DNA of 64,000 bases from Blepharisma stoltei ATCC 30299 (taxonomy: Eukaryota > Protista > Ciliophora), in the NCBI GenBank assembly GCA_965603825.1, contig CBFDEM010000003.1:372001-436000 (forward strand), in the 5' to 3' direction. A program made the translations under genes and the position numbers. Below, one piece after another: positions 62,001 to 64,000 of the stretch (position 1 is its first letter; each line of letters starts with the position of its first letter). The notes below the pieces were generated by a model. It was not told the origin of the DNA, ran no database searches, and saw only the letters and a program-made list of their open reading frames with translations.

Positions 62001-64000
62001 CACTTGCCATTCCTCGAAGAACTTTAAGAGACACTTATCAAAGAATAGTTGGTGAAGGTGATAAAGTTTTAGGTGCCCTAAAGAAACTTGACGTAGCCTT
62101 AAAGAGATCTCCTAAGCAAGCCTTTGACAAATGGGCTAGGTTCGCTAAAGACTGTGGTACAAAGAGCATGCTCGACAACCTAAGAACTCAAAAGCTTCAG
62201 AACGCTCTAGAAAAGATTCCTAAACGAACTATGAAGGATGCAGCTGATAGAATTCTTGGAAACGGAAATAGACTTAAAGGTGCTCTTCGCAGACTTTTCA
62301 TCCAATTGCAAAAGAAGCCAAAAGAAGCATTTGATAAATGGAGAGGCTTTATGGATTCTTGCAAGAAGAACTCTTTATTAGATGCTCTTAAAGCGAAGAA
62401 ATTACAAGACTCCTTAAACAAGATCCCTCAAAGAACTCTCAGAGATGCAAATAATAGAATCATCGGTCAAGGAAGCAAAACTGCTGGAGCTCTCAGAAGA
62501 CTTGAAATTACTTTGAAAAAATCAGCTAGAGGCGCTTTCAATAAATGGGCAAACTTCTGTAAGGACTGCAAAGACAAGAAAATAATTGACAACTTAAGGA
62601 CTCAACAATTGAAGAATGCCTTGATAAATGTACCAAAACGAACACTTAAAGATGCTACAGATCGTATCAAAGGACAAGGTGATAAAGTCAAAGGAGCTAT
62701 AAGGACAGCCATTGGCGCACTAAAGCGAGTTCCTAGAGATGCATTGCAAAAGTGGAAGGACTTCGTAGATGATATTAAGAATAAGAAAACCTCTGACGCT
62801 TTGAATGCTAAGAAATTGCAGACTGCACTTGAAAAAGTACCGATAAGAACTCTTAGAGATGCTCATAGTCGAATTATTGGTGAAGGAGATAAAATAGCTG
62901 GAGCTATTAGAAGACTTGATATTAATCTTAAGAAAAAGCCAAAGCAAGCATTTGATAAATGGAAAAACTATCTCAGAGCGGTTAAAGACAAGAAAATAGC
63001 AGACAATCTCAAGACACAGCAGCTTAAAAATGCACTTAAGAATATTCCTAAACGAACTTTGAAAGATGCAGCACAAAGAATCAAAGGAGATGGAGATAAG
63101 GTTAAAGGAGTACTTAGAGCAGCATTTGCAATTCTTAGGAAAGCACCAAAGCAAGCATTTGATAAATGGCAAGACTTCGTCCAAGGAACCAAACAGAAGA
63201 AATCATTAAATGCTTTGAATGCTGAAAAACTGAAAAATGGATTAAGAAAGATCCCTGCTAGGACATTGAGAGAAGCTTATAACCAAATTGTTCCTGATAA
63301 TAAGAATGAGCTTCAAGCAGAAAAACTTAGAAAAGCACTTGATAAGATCCCATTACGCACTTTGAGATCTGCATTTAATCCTATTATTCTTGACAACTCT
63401 GATAAGATCAAGTCTGCATTGAGAAATCTTGCTGTTTTGTACTATCAAAGACCTAGAGACTGTTTGAATAAATGGAAACTTGGATGTGAAAAGAAGAAGA
63501 CTGCTGATTCCAACAAGAAACTCAAGGGAGCCATGCTTAAGAACGCTCTTGAAAAACCAGTCCGAAAGCAAGTAAGATCAGGAAGAGACAGATGCCAGCC
63601 AAGCGATAAGGTCAAGAAGACTCTACAAGTTTTCGCACTTCGAGTTGAAAAGATGCCTAGAGATGCTCTTAACAAATGGAAAGCTTTCTTAAACCTTGAG
63701 AAGAACGACAACCTCTCAGATGCAGTAAGAGCTCAAAAACTAAGATATGCACTTGACAGAATACCGATTAGGACTCTGAAAAATAATTATGACTTTATTT
63801 TGCAAAGACATGGAACCAGAGCTTTAGGAATATTGAGATTGTTGTTCAAACATTATCAAGAAATGCCTAGTGAAGCCATGAAGAAGTGGAAAGACTTTGT
63901 TAACAATTGCAAGCAAGGAGACTTACTTAACGCAGTAAACGCTCAGAAACTTAAGCTTGCCTTAGAAAGAATTCCTGTAAGGACCATCAAAGACGCGCAT
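53084..64000 (+). CDS. Giant Sfi1-like repeat protein (putative centrin/spasmin-binding), more than 3639 aa, continuing past the window
   Basis: Stop-free frame from ATG 53084 (MEEQRLLELV) to 64000 (...IPVRTIKDAH); absent from the ORF track because it has no stop. Recurrent (A)L/F-x2-W-K/R motifs; 69-aa repeats. Confidence 0.85.
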   Translation, partial: MEEQRLLELVEKIFSGPPDEPQTTSQNLQALNKALQKASESTLQAVSDLLSDLEGQGKIPMDDADKFHDYLDEISEGNNPSFPVLTCLEGPTAHKKALNAAKLFHAMHKIHLVRQSMLHNCFTELNEHKWEVRTSDMKILHELEVKRLNCSRLVAQLKGALGMNMERTIRLWHGNAFTQDSVIEVDSYEENYTTTRHKRTLSEYEKRQKIHNAITGFIGKGSVCFEQLGFWRWRLKVQEILENEGRVKDGLDVCDAFFRRLNSKKAMKNWKFMLKPRWETKKDLLEEIMRRAELRLFYVKKLAAEKLKTAEKPKEEDEEFVELVDNLTAKTKHISNVPKKERAQAVRAAKVNMPNSKKKLGDIVKHLREVSENKKKLKEVAISYWKTKALDKQKDKTDDATKNLAATVVKEILQKQPRDSLRKWRDLIIGPSDKQSSVFKNLAMNAINMKIAPKIALLKWKLAKTHKSIGEFADNEDKTVEKYKKSLLRSVFKSNRALKDSLHLWNTNAKAEGSSQTQDKVTHMINVLKKILNHKLNKCFKEPAEQKTKEEVLGEALIKIYKNIHYVLGKAFNRWARFVPDQPRPEDKEKIMKLALINMSKVPREALLRAFYVWKGLLPPPQEEAKTPASRTKTNPAAGKKIPKDGQAPEDEDEPSGKRLASRDPKTITKIPEGNEQNAKIFCFLTTLQRIIAVKTRKVLKPIYIVKDADAILRGYLKKLQLVRKGLLETAVFRWKYAGLAKRFREKAGALFRAIQLSTDPRKDAISIWGEKTRAAKLIKQVRAAEKLGSTLNRSARDNLRKGLDTIKSKKSLKDILNRVWNQVNKKYFSDEHSYFLRWAMAVNSERIRVAQLEKDKAIGGIVHYWSVNYKLRVRRGFNAFCKNSKPLKLRFIRALEKGLRGKVGHAFDTLKLNVTGSQKHELPALKLANALRHPVRHSLRDGFQRIIGLNMNIVKPYMNSLIKGLEQDMKDALRLWKDNINKDKVDKLKGKKNAIKKDLKKEAVRSGKARAVSLEKTILKGVIHNRLNQAFKTITRDPYSKVKQPLENLKTQIEKIPRDALKKWKDFVNSVKSGELLDNLKAIKLNNLLQAIPIRTLRNAYMRIIGGGNKLAGVLKALELRVQNKPRDALNKLKEHALKCKNGELLDNLKAEKLKNALARIPSRTLKDASQRIKGDPNSVKATLIDLAKMVEKAPRDALKKWKDYLKETEKDKLNNDLHGQKLLNTLNKIPTRTLRDATKRIKGDGNPIATTLNELEKKAIKRPREALRRWKEQVALDKIKAIHDDNLIKLALKDSVKCVNDALRKALYRWKDHTSGIEHVEKKALSNLENVKLFGMITTLQRIVAQKTRKSLKPIVIVKDADAILRRYLRKLHLVKNQLMSTAIFRWKYAGLAKVFRERAGQLFTAILHSTDPRQDAVNIWAEKVRTAKLVKKIRAADKLSAALKKCSLDRINPAYKDITRDPLERVKQPLSNLKDVIEKRPRDAVRRWKNYVDDVKKGAILDALKAAKLKDALNKVPTRTLRDATRRIKGDGNPIAAILDDLEKKAIKRPRDALRRWKDRVNEDKFKAIRDTHLIKLALKDSVKCINLILRRSINRWRLAIHDIQHTEKKALTNIENVKLFCMITTLQRIVAQKTRRSLKPIVIVKDADAILRRYLRKLHLVKNQLMSTALFRWKYAGIAQGFREKAGKLFTAILHSTDPRRDAINIWAEKVRTAKLVKKIRAADKLSTTLKTCGNNKLRPSYEAIVSQHQLKEKLDKNALKNSKLANALLNPARSRLQAAYKRIIGTKFDMKPYLTNLVKGLENDMKDALHLWKDNINKDKVKKLQGEKKAIKKNLKREAVRSGKARASNLEKAILKGPIQNRLAQAFKDIVRDPLEKVKQPLNNLKDALEKKPRDAVRMWKNFVDAVKKGEILDQVKATKLQNALEKVPIRTEKDALARIVGGGDKVAGALRALIDNAKKVPRDALRKLKDHASNCKNGKILDNLKAAKLKNALDKVPVRTEKDALVRLVGGGDKVAGVLRGLIDNAKKVPRDALRKLKDHANKCKNGQVLDNLKSAKLANLLAKIPIRTEKDAFARIIGGGDKVSGVLRQLIDNAKKVPRDALKKLRDHANKCKNGQVLDNLKSAKLTNALAKVPIRTEKDALSRIIGGGNKVAGALKGLIHNAKNLPRDAFQKLKDNVAKCKNGETLDNLKAAKLKNALAKVPVRTEKDALARIVGGGDKVAGALKGLIHNAKNLPRDAFQKLKDNVTKCKNGETLDNLKAAKLKDALAKVPIRTEKDALARIIGGGDKVAGALKGLIHNAKNLPRDAFQKLKDNVAKCKSGKVLDNLKSAKLKNALDKIPIRTEKDAFSRIIGGGNKVNGALKSLINKAERLPRDAFQKLKDNVTKCKNGEILDSLNAQKLKNVLAKLPLRTLKDAHARIIGSGNKVAGALKALMLRAQKVPRDALQKLKENALKAKNGEVLDHAKAQKLRIALAKIPSRTLRDAYKSIVKDDSRVKAALRALGHLYVRMPSEALRLWRLGAERTKTNEQAAKVADTEKKLKGVLIKNALEKPVRRQVRSAREKAQVTDRVKNIIKLFMLRVAARPRNAFNRWLQNSIRKETNDVAGKIRAEKLRYILDLIPLRAMRPAFNEIAKRGRPAVRDPLKNVAKAFARRPRQALYKWKTFLHLVKNDQLLDAVKAQKLRNALERIPIRTIKENYDYILQRHGTKALGILRLLFKHYQEMPSEAMKKWKDFVNNCKQGDLLNAVNAQKLKLALERIPVRTIRDAQQRILGDGDKFAGNVRRILIQLQKKPRVAFNIWKQYIQDCKTRNLFDNVRCQKLKNALERIPKRTLKDATQRIIGGGDKVKGAIKNVMNAMIRKPRDALQKWKDYIKDCQTKKAVNALKANKLKNCLEKVIPRTLRDAHNRIVGQGSKILGALRRMEIQLKNKPRNAFNKWKLYLQACKEKGLLDNVRSQKLVNIALAIPRRTLRDTYQRIVGEGDKVLGALKKLDVALKRSPKQAFDKWARFAKDCGTKSMLDNLRTQKLQNALEKIPKRTMKDAADRILGNGNRLKGALRRLFIQLQKKPKEAFDKWRGFMDSCKKNSLLDALKAKKLQDSLNKIPQRTLRDANNRIIGQGSKTAGALRRLEITLKKSARGAFNKWANFCKDCKDKKIIDNLRTQQLKNALINVPKRTLKDATDRIKGQGDKVKGAIRTAIGALKRVPRDALQKWKDFVDDIKNKKTSDALNAKKLQTALEKVPIRTLRDAHSRIIGEGDKIAGAIRRLDINLKKKPKQAFDKWKNYLRAVKDKKIADNLKTQQLKNALKNIPKRTLKDAAQRIKGDGDKVKGVLRAAFAILRKAPKQAFDKWQDFVQGTKQKKSLNALNAEKLKNGLRKIPARTLREAYNQIVPDNKNELQAEKLRKALDKIPLRTLRSAFNPIILDNSDKIKSALRNLAVLYYQRPRDCLNKWKLGCEKKKTADSNKKLKGAMLKNALEKPVRKQVRSGRDRCQPSDKVKKTLQVFALRVEKMPRDALNKWKAFLNLEKNDNLSDAVRAQKLRYALDRIPIRTLKNNYDFILQRHGTRALGILRLLFKHYQEMPSEAMKKWKDFVNNCKQGDLLNAVNAQKLKLALERIPVRTIKDAH
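58775..63300 (+). repeat. Tandem 207-bp (69-aa) coding repeats
   Basis: Trp codons at 61304, 61511, 61718 through 63167 are spaced exactly 207 nt apart, as are PRDA starts at 58982 through 60431. Confidence 0.92.

Noticed and set aside
54881-63711. Many minus-strand ORFs of 60-160 aa
   Set aside because: Antisense shadows of the giant plus-strand repeat gene.

Overview
Gene-dense, AT-rich eukaryotic DNA from a heterotrich ciliate macronuclear-type genome, most consistent with Blepharisma. In-frame TGA is read as Trp, only TAA and TAG end genes, and introns are 15-17 nt (GT...A...AG). The standard-code ORF track therefore fragments most genes. After re-joining, the window holds about 30 genes. 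These include a large P-loop GTPase (runs off the left edge), dynamitin-like, SPAG1/RPAP3, a cNMP-binding protein, two ankyrin proteins, Tat-SF1, apgM-type iPGM, an RCC1-IQGAP/RasGAP-like fusion, TRAPPC11, PI4K-beta, CRYZL1, two adjacent lysosomal-type pseudoenzymes, pICln, a kelch protein, HIBCH, a NACHT-like protein and an HTH protein. Three regions stand out. (1) A five-copy tandem array of B-box-like/coiled-coil/kelch-like (TRIM-like) genes with hypervariable loops, interleaved with decaying HIBCH fragments (36.2-45.7 kb). (2) A small TGA-rich two-repeat ORF missing from the ORF track (about 45.95-46.42 kb). (3) The 5' 10.9 kb of a giant Sfi1-like (putative centrin-binding) gene with 69-aa repeats, higher-order super-repeats, a Trp-less block, and no TGA among more than 40 Trp codons. 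All calls come from manual reading of the sequence; no database searches were run.
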